Assembly (NCBI GenBank): GCA_017609205.1
Contig: JAFCEL010000001.1
Span: 390,001-422,000, forward strand
Origin: Candidatus Saccharimonadota bacterium
GTDB lineage: Archaea > Nanobdellota > Nanobdellia > Pacearchaeales > GW2011-AR1
Length of the DNA: 32,000 bases
Direction of reading: 5' to 3'
The translations under genes and the position numbers were made by a program. Below are positions 15,129 to 23,749 of the stretch, piece by piece; within the stretch, counting starts at the first letter, position 1, and every line of letters starts with the position of its first letter. The notes under the pieces were generated by a model, which saw only the letters and a list, made by a program, of their open reading frames with translations, did no database searches and was not told the origin of the DNA.

Positions 15129-18100
15129 AAATGAATAAAAAAACAGGGATGGAAGTTTGTTTGATATTAGGAATTATCTTTTTCTCATTTGTTAGTGCAG
15201 GAAGTTATTCTCAGGCAAATCCTAATTATGGTCTCATAAATCAATATGTAGATGGGGGTTCAGTTAATTTAGATCATAGAAAATGTGAAGCAGGACAGGA
15301 TTTTGTTTTGCAGATTTCTCCATTTGGTTGTACGCCTCCTGTTGTGAGAAGCGATCTATTAGAGGAGCAGAATGTTCCTGTATTTTGTGCTATTGCTGCA
15401 ACGCAGGTTAATCCTTTAATTGATGTCGAAGCTATTGAGGGAATATCTTTTTCAGGAGAATATCCTAAAGAGGTTTCAGGAATTGGATTCCATCCTGCTA
15501 GAGCCGCATTAGGAACTGCTAAGAAGACAAATTATCCTCTTTTAGAGAATATTGGCTATGCAGTGATTGTTTTGAAAAAACAGCCGAATGAATCAGCAAT
15601 GCCTGATTTTGTTGAGGGAAATTTGACTGCGAAAATTAGATATGATATTAAGAATGCTTTTGGAGTTGGCAATGCTTTATTTTATCTTCCTGAGATGGAT
15701 GATGGTGAATTTGAATTGAACAAAGGCTATTATAAATTCTGGAAGAAATTTTACTTAAGAGCAGAAAGAATTGAGGAAAATTATGCAGTTGTTTCAATAT
15801 ATGATGATTCAAAGAAAATTTCTACAACAACTCTCAAAAAGGGAGAGACCTCAGGTAAAATTTCTGTTCCAGGTTTTGGTTGTATGGCTAAACTACAATT
15901 GAGGTTGGATGATCTTGAAAACCCAGGGACAACTGCTAAATTAGATGTTAATGGAGAAATTATCGAACTTGTCGAAGGGCAGAAATTTTTAGAAAATAAA
16001 TGCCAGATTGTTGGAATAGAAAAACAAGGGCTTGTACAGAAGGTTAAGATAAAGTGTTATGAGGATAAAAAATCAGATATCTTTGAGTTAAAAATTGTTC
16101 CAAGAGTAAGGATTGAATTTGACAATGATGGTGGAGAGGATTATGGTATTGAAGAGGAAATAGGAGGAACAGGATTTAGAATTGTGTCTATAAAAGTTGA
16201 AGATAAGGAGGGTATTAAGGAGGAAAAGTTAATCGTTGAATTGCAGAAGGATGATGATAAGAAGAGTTTGAGATATGGTGATGCAATAACTATTGGTGAT
16301 AAGAGCGTTAGACTTCTTGGGTTTGCAGGACCGCAGGATTCTGAACTTGCAGGAGATGTTAGAACTTATTATGAATCAGCGATGAAAGATTATGAAACTA
16401 TTATTAATAGTTTTTCTAGTGAGAGTTGCGATGGGTTTAAGGATTGTGGAGAAAAGGCTTTTATTGAGGAGATGAAACTCGCTTATGATATTGGACAAAG
16501 CAAGACTTTTTATGAATTATGTAAGAAGTTTGATGAAAAATATCCTGATTCTGATAAGGAATTAGAAGAATGCAGTGAGGATTATAAGCTTTCAAGTAAT
16601 GAACCTTCAAGTATACAGGTTTTGATTAATGGCGAGGTTAAGGATATTTCTTTTATTGGGGTTATTGAATCCTCTTTTGATGATTATGGAGCAAGAGTGG
16701 TTGTTGATGGAGCGACTTATGATTTAATAAAGGATAAGGTTTTTTATCTTGCAGATGGTCAGAAGGAATATTTGCAACTTCTTGGATTAGAAGAGGACTA
16801 TGCGAAGATTAAGGTTTATCTTAGGAAAGATAATTCCGATGGTTTTGTGAATGGCATATATACTTTGAAAAAAGGGATTCATGAAAGTTTTGGAAGTGTT
16901 CATGATATCTATCTTGGGGATATTAATTTGAGGAAATATGCTAAAGTATCTGTGATTTCTAACATTGATAATGTTGGTAGTGTGGGAAATTTTGGTTTTA
17001 AAATTGGGATTGAGAAAAGAGCAATCAAACTTGCACCTGAAAAGATTCAAGAAAAAATAGATTCTTTAAATGAAACTATCTACAAATGGGAGGAGCGTTC
17101 TGAGAATTTGGGACAAATGGTTAAAGGTTTAAAGGGAGCCTGTGTTGCGACGAGTGGTTTTTTAATAGCTAAAAATTTCTTGTTTAATTCTGGGGATTCT
17201 CTTGCAAGAAAAGATGTGATGGATATTTGGAATAAAAAATGCACACGATTAATTAGTGAAGGGAAGTATAGAACGCATGATGAATGTTATGCAGATAATG
17301 ACAAGGCAATTGACGACGCTGTTAAAAATAGGGCTAAGATAATGAAAGAAATCAGTGGCGAATTTAGTAAGATTCAGGATGATCCTGATATAACAACAGA
17401 GAAGTGGGCGGGATTAGAAAAAGAGATTAATGACAAAAAGCTTTGGGAAAAAATAAAAACAAGGTCTGATTTTTTAACAGAATTGAAGTCTGATTTGAAA
17501 GAGTGTTATGGGGACGAAAAAATAGTTGTTAATGAAAGAGAGAGTTTTTCTATTGATGATTTGATGGAGGATAATAAGAGATTTGGTTCAGAATATTTGA
17601 CTATTACTCAATTAAGGGATTTGATGGTAGATGCTAAGGATTGCAAGAATAATCCTGAACTTGCAAAACAGAGATTGAATTCTTCATTAAAATCTTTGTG
17701 GGTAAATAGCCAATCAACTTATATCAAAGAGGGTCTTTCTGAGGAATTAGAGAAGGGTGGTTTTGGGGATTTTGAGGTTGATTCTTATGGAGATAGGAAT
17801 GCAATTGAGGGTATTTATTATGGTGGGACTCTTACTTCTGATAAGATTTTGAATTCAGACAATGAAAAATTTCTAAAAGATAAAGAAGATGATGGAAAAG
17901 TGATAAATTATCCTGTGCAGATTATTATTTATAATAATCAAAAGTATCTTGTATTATTAGAGCCTACAAAAAGAGGGGATTATATTGTTGACAAGGTATA
18001 CGAATTTAGGGATGCAGAAGAGGGGAAGTTAATTGTTGGAAAAGAGCGGGACGATATTAGAAATAAATTTAAGTCTTTTACTCTTGAGGATAGAGATTCT

Positions 18101-20098
18101 TATAACAATCCGTTCAAGGCATCGATGGGAGAGACAAAACCTGTTGTTAGGTATTTTGAGACAGAGCCTCATAAGGGTTTGCCTGCTGTTGTTCCTTTTG
18201 ATTTGAAGAAAGGGTGGTATGTTTATGTAAGCCAAGATATTGGTTTTGCAGGGGGAACTGCTAGTTATGATGATTCAGGTGCTGTGAGAAATTATTATAT
18301 TTGTAATGTTGGAAAAGATGGAATCGAAGATGGAATGCGTCCTGATGATAAATGTAGGATGATTAACAAAGGAACAGGACAGCTTTATAATCGATTTGGT
18401 GGGTTGGATGAGTCAGAAGCTGGTAGGTTAGTTAAATGTGCAGAGGATTCTATTGTGCAGGCATCAAGGCAATATGGAAAGAAAAAGATTTCAATTAGCA
18501 CAACCTGTGGAGGAAGTGTAACTCTTGATGTTGGAAGTCCTGCTGTTGATATCCCTTCTATGCAATGCCAGAATTTTATGTCCCCTTCTGATTGCCAGAT
18601 TTTGTTTAATGTTTGTGACCCTGTGATTTGCCCGTCGAGTAGATGTGATTTTGGAGGCAGGTTTCCTGTAAAAGATGTTGTTCAGTCAGGAATTATCGGC
18701 AGTTTGTTGCTTTGCCTCCCTAATTTTGGAAATCCTGCAAAAGGAGGTGTTGCTATTCCTATTTGTTTGACTGGATTAAAAGCAGGAATTGATGGTTTGC
18801 TGTCAGTATATAAATCTTATAGAGATTGTTTACAAGAAAGTCTTGATACTGGGAAGACTGTTGGAATATGTGATGAAATATATTCAATTCATCTATGCGA
18901 ATTTATGTGGAGACAGGCATTGCCTCTAGCAAAGTATTCTATTCCTAAGATTATAGAATTTTTGATTGACCAAAATGCGAGAGGGGGAGGGGAATACCTC
19001 ATGTTTAGGACTGCCTTGAATAATATGGATAATTCAATGAATTACTTTACAAATTATTATGCTGCAAATGCTTTCAAGGCGTTCAAAGTGCGTTCTGTTG
19101 AGGAGGTTGGGACAGAGGTTTGCAGAAATTATATCTCTGGCGTTGGCCCAAATATCGACGGGATGTTAGAGTCTTTCACAGAACCAGACTCTCCTGCTCA
19201 GTTTCATGGAAGGTTTGATGAAATTCCTTTCACAACAGCAACAGTACCAGCAACTTCTCATTATAAAGTGTTTTATCATATCTATGCAGGAAAAGATTCG
19301 CGAGTATATTACTCTGTTTATTTAAGGGGTGCTCCAGAAAGTTCTTATTATATGGATTCAACTCAAACAAGAATTGTAGACTCTGGGTATATCAAAGCAG
19401 GAGAATATGTCTCACAGACAAAAGATTTTACTGCTCCTTCAGGATATAAGGAAATGTGTATTAGGGTAAATGAGCAGGAGGAGTGCGGATTTAAAGAAGT
19501 TTCTACTTCTTTTGCTGTAAACTATGTTAAGGATTCTTATACTAAGTCACAGGCAACTGAGAAGAATATACAGTCAGAGAGTGAATGTATTTCTGGAACA
19601 GTCAATACTGGGACTATTCTATCAGGGGCATTAAGCTCTAATTTGCAGGAGGGTGCTGAGAAAATTGTTAATCCAAAGATTTATGAGAGAGGAATTATCA
19701 GAATATGTGCTCATGATAATCCTGGTATTGGGACAGATGCAAAAGCAGAGGCAAATGGCTCACGTTGGGTTGAAGTTGGATATTGTGATAAGGATAGAGA
19801 AATAAAATGCTGGCTTGATACAGAGAGTGTTAAGAAGATAATCAGGGATAAGGAAGTTAAAGGCGAGACACTTGAAGAAATTAATAGCAATTATATGAAT
19901 ATTCTTGGAGATACAAAAGAGGCAAAAGCAGCAAAAGAAAAACTTGTTGGGTTGGGTAATGAAAAAGATTCTAAGAAGATTATTCAGGTTATTGATGAGA
20001 TAGTTGATGATTTGATTATGAATAAAGATAAAGCACATGCTTTATTATTAAGAGCACAATCTTATGGAAAATTAGCAATAGAAAACGGTTCTATTTAA
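15125..20098 (+). CDS. Giant (1657 aa) Cys-rich secreted or surface protein; function unknown
   Basis: Intact ORF with an N-terminal hydrophobic signal (MKMNKKTGMEVCLILGIIFFSFVSAGSYSQ). I count about three dozen Cys. Dense Cys module CQNFMSPSDCQILFNVCDPVICPSSRCDFGG (nt ~18560-18657). No recognised catalytic motif. Confidence 0.75.
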   Translation: MKMNKKTGMEVCLILGIIFFSFVSAGSYSQANPNYGLINQYVDGGSVNLDHRKCEAGQDFVLQISPFGCTPPVVRSDLLEEQNVPVFCAIAATQVNPLIDVEAIEGISFSGEYPKEVSGIGFHPARAALGTAKKTNYPLLENIGYAVIVLKKQPNESAMPDFVEGNLTAKIRYDIKNAFGVGNALFYLPEMDDGEFELNKGYYKFWKKFYLRAERIEENYAVVSIYDDSKKISTTTLKKGETSGKISVPGFGCMAKLQLRLDDLENPGTTAKLDVNGEIIELVEGQKFLENKCQIVGIEKQGLVQKVKIKCYEDKKSDIFELKIVPRVRIEFDNDGGEDYGIEEEIGGTGFRIVSIKVEDKEGIKEEKLIVELQKDDDKKSLRYGDAITIGDKSVRLLGFAGPQDSELAGDVRTYYESAMKDYETIINSFSSESCDGFKDCGEKAFIEEMKLAYDIGQSKTFYELCKKFDEKYPDSDKELEECSEDYKLSSNEPSSIQVLINGEVKDISFIGVIESSFDDYGARVVVDGATYDLIKDKVFYLADGQKEYLQLLGLEEDYAKIKVYLRKDNSDGFVNGIYTLKKGIHESFGSVHDIYLGDINLRKYAKVSVISNIDNVGSVGNFGFKIGIEKRAIKLAPEKIQEKIDSLNETIYKWEERSENLGQMVKGLKGACVATSGFLIAKNFLFNSGDSLARKDVMDIWNKKCTRLISEGKYRTHDECYADNDKAIDDAVKNRAKIMKEISGEFSKIQDDPDITTEKWAGLEKEINDKKLWEKIKTRSDFLTELKSDLKECYGDEKIVVNERESFSIDDLMEDNKRFGSEYLTITQLRDLMVDAKDCKNNPELAKQRLNSSLKSLWVNSQSTYIKEGLSEELEKGGFGDFEVDSYGDRNAIEGIYYGGTLTSDKILNSDNEKFLKDKEDDGKVINYPVQIIIYNNQKYLVLLEPTKRGDYIVDKVYEFRDAEEGKLIVGKERDDIRNKFKSFTLEDRDSYNNPFKASMGETKPVVRYFETEPHKGLPAVVPFDLKKGWYVYVSQDIGFAGGTASYDDSGAVRNYYICNVGKDGIEDGMRPDDKCRMINKGTGQLYNRFGGLDESEAGRLVKCAEDSIVQASRQYGKKKISISTTCGGSVTLDVGSPAVDIPSMQCQNFMSPSDCQILFNVCDPVICPSSRCDFGGRFPVKDVVQSGIIGSLLLCLPNFGNPAKGGVAIPICLTGLKAGIDGLLSVYKSYRDCLQESLDTGKTVGICDEIYSIHLCEFMWRQALPLAKYSIPKIIEFLIDQNARGGGEYLMFRTALNNMDNSMNYFTNYYAANAFKAFKVRSVEEVGTEVCRNYISGVGPNIDGMLESFTEPDSPAQFHGRFDEIPFTTATVPATSHYKVFYHIYAGKDSRVYYSVYLRGAPESSYYMDSTQTRIVDSGYIKAGEYVSQTKDFTAPSGYKEMCIRVNEQEECGFKEVSTSFAVNYVKDSYTKSQATEKNIQSESECISGTVNTGTILSGALSSNLQEGAEKIVNPKIYERGIIRICAHDNPGIGTDAKAEANGSRWVEVGYCDKDREIKCWLDTESVKKIIRDKEVKGETLEEINSNYMNILGDTKEAKAAKEKLVGLGNEKDSKKIIQVIDEIVDDLIMNKDKAHALLLRAQSYGKLAIENGSI

Positions 20099-20158
20099 TT
20101 TGATTAAGGAAATATAAATTTGTTTGAAATCTTTTGAAATTAATTTTTATAATTCATA

Positions 20159-20184
20159 TGCGGGAGAAAGGATTCGGGCCTCAC
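20159..20184 (-). pseudogene. Fragment duplicating the 3' end (T-arm 3' half plus acceptor 3' strand) of tRNA-Leu
   Basis: The minus strand reads GTGAGGCCCGAATCCTTTCTCCCGCA. The last 18 nt are identical to the 3' end of the intact tRNA-Leu. The T-loop is degenerate (CCCGAAT instead of TTCGAAT) and there is no matching 5' acceptor strand. Confidence 0.6.
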
Positions 20185-20246
20185 ATTCGCTCGACCTTGT
20201 CCGTCGAAACGCCGAACAAGACCCAAGAGTTCGAATCTAAAAATAA

Positions 20247-20330
20247 TGCGGGAGAAAGGATTCGAACCTTCGCAGGCACTAAGCCACGAGGGCCTAAACC
20301 TCGCCCGTTTGACCGCTCCGGCACTCCCGC
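20247..20330 (-). tRNA. tRNA-Leu (anticodon TAG), long variable arm
   Basis: The minus strand reads GCGGGAG TG CCG GAGCGGTCAAA CGG G CGAGG TTTAGGC CCTCG TGGCTTAGTGCCTGC GAAGG TTCGAAT CCTTT CTCCCGC A. Confidence 0.85.
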
Positions 20331-20406
20331 ATAGGATAAAGGGTGATTTCTCATATAAAAAGTTTTACAACACATAATCTTAAAAACTATTTTTTAGATT
20401 TTTCTA

Positions 20407-20643
20407 ATGCAATTCAATTTTTTAGAAAAAGAAGTTTTTATCTCTTTATTTACCTTTTTAGGGATTGTTCTCTATCTTTACCTTTTTTCAATTTTTTTTA
20501 ATACCCACTCTATGTGGATTTTGCTGACTTTTTTATTTTGCGTTTTGTTTTTAATGGAGGACATTTGTCTGAGAGTGAAGAAAGAGAATGAATTGGTTAA
20601 AATTAAGGACACGAAGGAGATTAGGATTAATTTCTGGCATTAA
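20407..20643 (+). CDS. Small hypothetical membrane protein
   Basis: 78-aa ORF with two hydrophobic helices. No family recognised, and it could be spurious in AT-rich DNA. Confidence 0.3.
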   Translation: MQFNFLEKEVFISLFTFLGIVLYLYLFSIFFNTHSMWILLTFLFCVLFLMEDICLRVKKENELVKIKDTKEIRINFWH

Positions 20644-20660
20644 TCTCCTTGGGGTGAAAA

Positions 20661-21590
20661 TTATTGTTTTTTCCTGGCTAATTCTTTTTCTTTTTGTTTT
20701 ATTTTTTCTTCTAGTCCAAGTTTTTCAATCAGTTCTTTATAGCGGTTTCTTATTGTAACCTCTGTTATTCCTGCAATATCTGCGACTTCTCTTTGTGTCT
20801 TTTTTTCATCATTTATTAGTGCAGCGACATAAAGTGCTGCTGCAGCGATTCCTGCAGGGCCTCTTCCAGAGGTAAGTTCAACTCTCTCTGCGTTTTTTAG
20901 AACTTTTAATGCGTCATTTTGGGTTTTTGGTGATAACTTAAGAACAGATGAAAATCGTGAGATATAATCCTTAGGAGAACTTTGTTTTACTTTTATTCCC
21001 AATTTCCTTATTATAAATCTATAGGTTCTTCCGATTTCTTTTCTTTCTACATCTGATGCAGTAGCCATTTCGTCGAGGGTTCTTGGGATGTTGTATGAAC
21101 GGCAGGCGGCATAAAGACACGCAGCAATTACAGATTCCATTGAGCGTCCTCTTACTAAGCCTCTTTGCAGAACATAATTGTAGATTCTTGCTGCTTCATC
21201 TCTAACGACATTTGGAAGATTTAGATAAGATGCAGTAACTCTTAATTCAGCCATTGCAAGGCGAAGGTTTCTTTCAATTGAGGTAGAGACTCTTTCTTGC
21301 CATTTTTTTAGTCTGAGAAATTTTCTTGTTTGTCCTGGTTCAAGTTTGTATATATCTGAAATCTCTCCGATATTTGTTGTTAGTCCTTTATCGAATTTTT
21401 GGATTGAAATTGGTGCTCCTCCTCGCCCCTTTTTCTCTGACTTGTCGAATTTGCCCGATAAATCAATTCCAGTATCGACCATCTTTTCTTCTATTACAAG
21501 CCCGCAATCATTGCAGATTATTTCTCCAAGGTGAGAATCATAAGTTAAATTTATGCTGCCACATTCAGGGCATTTCTTTATTCCAGCCAT
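20661..21590 (-). CDS. tfb: Transcription initiation factor IIB (TFB)
   Basis: N-terminal zinc ribbon CPECGS...CNDCGLV, a B-linker, and two cyclin-fold repeats (RNLRLAMAEL...; C-terminal HTH QREVADIAGITEVTIRNRYKEL). Confidence 0.95.
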   Translation of the reverse strand: MAGIKKCPECGSINLTYDSHLGEIICNDCGLVIEEKMVDTGIDLSGKFDKSEKKGRGGAPISIQKFDKGLTTNIGEISDIYKLEPGQTRKFLRLKKWQERVSTSIERNLRLAMAELRVTASYLNLPNVVRDEAARIYNYVLQRGLVRGRSMESVIAACLYAACRSYNIPRTLDEMATASDVERKEIGRTYRFIIRKLGIKVKQSSPKDYISRFSSVLKLSPKTQNDALKVLKNAERVELTSGRGPAGIAAAALYVAALINDEKKTQREVADIAGITEVTIRNRYKELIEKLGLEEKIKQKEKELARKKQ

Positions 21591-21620
21591 TTTGTCGTCG
21601 TGAAATCCTCTAACAGTAAG

Positions 21621-21653
21621 TTTTATAAACTTTTCTCTTTTATAAACTTTTCC
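21621..21653 (-). promoter_or_regulatory. Tandemly duplicated BRE/TATA element upstream of tfb
   Basis: TTTTATAAACTTTTC occurs at 21621-21635 and again at 21639-21653; the minus strand reads GAAAAGTTTATAAAA. The proximal copy is ~30 nt upstream of ATG 21590. Confidence 0.45.
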
Positions 21654-21682
21654 TTTTTTATAGTTATGATAGAATAGTGAAA

Positions 21683-22042
21683 TTATCCTATGAGAATTCC
21701 ATTAATACACCCTTCCTGGCTCGGACGATTTGTAATTTTTGCCTTTCCTAATTCTGTTTCGACAATTGTCCCTTTTGTTAAGATATTTTGTCTTGCAAAG
21801 AATCGATTTGAAGGTGTTTCAAGAACGTTCTTTATTTTTGTCTTCTTTATTTTGTCTTTTGTTTTAATATTGATTTCGTTTGAATTAAGAAGAAATGTTT
21901 TAAGATTCCCTCCTAAAACTTTTTTGGTTCGTTTGTTCCTCTCTCCGAGTTTTACTAATCTTCCTGGTCTTTTTCTCTCGTGCTTTTTTTTCTTTCTCGC
22001 TTTTGCGTACTTCTTTCCAGTTATTTTTCTCTTCCTTTTCAT
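21683..22042 (-). CDS. rps8e: 30S ribosomal protein S8e (eS8)
   Basis: Basic N-terminus, then GGNLKTFLL...VLETPSNRFFARQNILTKGTIVETELGKAKITNRPSQEGCINGILI, the typical S8e pattern. Confidence 0.9.
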   Translation of the reverse strand: MKRKRKITGKKYAKARKKKKHERKRPGRLVKLGERNKRTKKVLGGNLKTFLLNSNEINIKTKDKIKKTKIKNVLETPSNRFFARQNILTKGTIVETELGKAKITNRPSQEGCINGILIG

Positions 22043-22110
22043 TAGAATACCTGAATGATTTTGTTTAAATAGTTTTTGTTAAATGAACTGTCTGGGATTT
22101 TAACGAAAGT

Positions 22111-22119
22111 CTTATAAAG
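22111..22119 (+). promoter_or_regulatory. TATA box for the Sm-like protein gene
   Basis: TAACGAAAGT then CTTATAAAG, centred ~25 nt upstream of ATG 22140. Confidence 0.4.
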
Positions 22120-22139
22120 AGAGTTGGATAAAACTTTTT

Positions 22140-22385
22140 ATGGTTAACGGAATAGAACGACCTCTTGATTTGTTAAATAATTCAAAAGGGAAGGAGGTTT
22201 TAGTTCATTTGAAAGGCGATAAGCAATTTGTCGGAACCTTGTTAGCTTTTGATATACATCCAAATTTGGTTTTAGACAATGCAAAAGAAATGAAAGACGG
22301 AGAAATTAAAAGAAATCTTGGATTGATTTTTTTAAGAGGAGATGTGATTATTTTTATCTCACCTGCTTCTACCGCTCTTAGTTAA
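22140..22385 (+). CDS. Sm-like (LSm/SmAP) RNA-binding protein
   Basis: Sm1 motif (RPLDLLNNSKGKEVLVHLKGDKQFVGTLLAFDIHPNLVLDNAKE) and Sm2 motif (LIFLRGDVIIFISP). Confidence 0.9.
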   Translation: MVNGIERPLDLLNNSKGKEVLVHLKGDKQFVGTLLAFDIHPNLVLDNAKEMKDGEIKRNLGLIFLRGDVIIFISPASTALS

Positions 22386-22440
22386 TTGCGTTGTTTTATT
22401 TTTCGCAAGGTTCATTTATTTTTAGTATGAACTAGGAAAA

Positions 22441-22449
22441 CATTTAAAC
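22441..22449 (+). promoter_or_regulatory. TATA box for rnz
   Basis: GGAAAA then CATTTAAAC, centred ~24 nt upstream of ATG 22469. Confidence 0.4.
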
Positions 22450-22468
22450 TAATTTCTCATTATTAAAT

Positions 22469-23374
22469 ATGGCTTCAAAACTGAAAGTAACTTTTTTAGG
22501 GACATCTGCGCAGATCCCTACTACGAAGAGAAATCATACAGCAATCTTTTTGAATTGTGATAATGAGAATCTTCTAATTGACTGCGGAGAGGGAACTCAG
22601 AGGCAATTTAAGAAAGCAAGATTAAGCCCTATGAAACTCACTCGTCTTTTGATTACTCATTGGCATGGGGATCATGTACTTGGGATTCCGGGTTTATTGC
22701 AAACTCTGGCTGCAAGTGATTATAAGAAGACACTTCTTATTTATGGACCTAAAGGAACTAAGAAATTTATGAGAAATATGTTGAATGTTTTTGTTTTCTC
22801 TGGAAAAATTAATTTTAAAGTCGAAGAAGTTGATGAAGGAGTATTCTTTGAGAATCAAGATATTTGCTTAAAAGCGAAAAAAGTTTTTCATGGAACTCCC
22901 TGCAACGCATATTCTTTTATTAAAAAAGGACAAATTAGAATTGATAAGAAAGCACTAGAGAAATATGGTATTAAAAGTGGACCTCTTTTGAAAGATTTGA
23001 AAGAAGGAAAAGATATAATTTATAAAAATAAAAAATATTCTGCGAAAGGTTTGACTTATTGCGAGAAGGATAAAAAAATATCTTTTGTTCTGGATGCAAG
23101 ATTTGATGAGAAAATTGCTGATTTTGTTGAGGGCTCTAATATATTTGTTTGTGAGTCCAGTTTTAGTTCTGATGACGCTGAGATAGCCAAGGAATATAAT
23201 CATATGACTTCAGAACAGGCTGCTAAAATCGCTAAAAAAGCAAAAGTTGAGAAATTGATTTTGACTCATTTGAGTTCTCGTTATGAGACAGAGAAAAAAA
23301 AGGTTTTAGAAGAAGCAAAAAAAGTTTTTAAGAAAACCGAATTGGCAAGAGATTTTGATAGTTTTGAGGTTTAG
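22469..23374 (+). CDS. rnz: Ribonuclease Z (tRNA 3' endonuclease)
   Basis: Metallo-beta-lactamase motif ITHWHGDH. N-terminus VTFLGTSAQIPTTKRNHTAIFL, DCGEGTQRQ, and C-terminal LTHLSSRY. Confidence 0.9.
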   Translation: MASKLKVTFLGTSAQIPTTKRNHTAIFLNCDNENLLIDCGEGTQRQFKKARLSPMKLTRLLITHWHGDHVLGIPGLLQTLAASDYKKTLLIYGPKGTKKFMRNMLNVFVFSGKINFKVEEVDEGVFFENQDICLKAKKVFHGTPCNAYSFIKKGQIRIDKKALEKYGIKSGPLLKDLKEGKDIIYKNKKYSAKGLTYCEKDKKISFVLDARFDEKIADFVEGSNIFVCESSFSSDDAEIAKEYNHMTSEQAAKIAKKAKVEKLILTHLSSRYETEKKKVLEEAKKVFKKTELARDFDSFEV

Positions 23375-23403
23375 GATTCTTGATTGGTTTCTCCTGAGGA
23401 TTA

Positions 23404-23476
23404 AGCGCAGGCCGGGACTCGAACCCGGGAAAAATCGGGCTGCAACCGATTGCAGTAGCCGCTGTGCCACCTGCGC
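23404..23476 (-). tRNA. tRNA-Cys (anticodon GCA)
   Basis: The minus strand reads GCGCAGG TG GCA CAGCGGCTAC TGC A ATCGG TTGCAGC CCGAT TTTTC CCGGG TTCGAGT CCCGG CCTGCGC T. The U73 discriminator is typical of tRNA-Cys. Confidence 0.8.
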
Positions 23477-23554
23477 CTAACTCCAATAAAATAATCACCT
23501 ATATAAAATTAATCATCACAAAACTTTAAATATAATTCTAACAATTCTTAGTAT

Positions 23555-23642
23555 GGTCCTGTAGCTCAGTCTGGATAGAGCGACTGCCTTCTAACTCTTC
23601 GGAGGTGAGCAGTAGGTCGCAGGTTCAAATCCTGTCAGGGCC
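23555..23642 (+). tRNA. tRNA-Arg (anticodon TCT) with a 14-nt intron after position 37
   Basis: GGTCCTG TA GCTC AGTCTGGATA GAGC G ACTGC CTTCTA[ACTCTTCGGAGGTG]A GCAGT AGGTC GCAGG TTCAAAT CCTGT CAGGGCC. 74 nt plus a 14-nt intron. Confidence 0.85.
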
Positions 23643-23720
23643 ATTTTGAGAATGATTTTTCAATTTATTTTCTAGAGAACTAGTAAGGCTGTTAGGTTAC
23701 TGGAATCTTGGTTCAGAAAT

Positions 23721-23730
23721 TCTTAAATAC
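23721..23730 (+). promoter_or_regulatory. TATA box for glyS
   Basis: TCTTAAATAC is centred ~24 nt upstream of ATG 23750. Confidence 0.35.
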
Positions 23731-23749
23731 TATTCTTTCTAGAAGATAT

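Noticed and set aside
20134-20375. ORFs 20134..20334 (+) and 20181..20375 (-)
   Set aside because: Both are open frames across the GC-rich tRNA-Leu gene and its duplicated fragment. The translations are Pro/Arg/Gly-rich, unlike real proteins of this genome.
21603-21616. AAATCCTCTAACAG upstream of tfb resembles GATCCTCTCTAACAG at positions 1-15 of repeat copy A
   Set aside because: The match is only ~12 nt with an indel. None of the other repeat hallmarks (CTTCG runs, GTTAAAT end, high GC) are present at 21603. Most likely chance.
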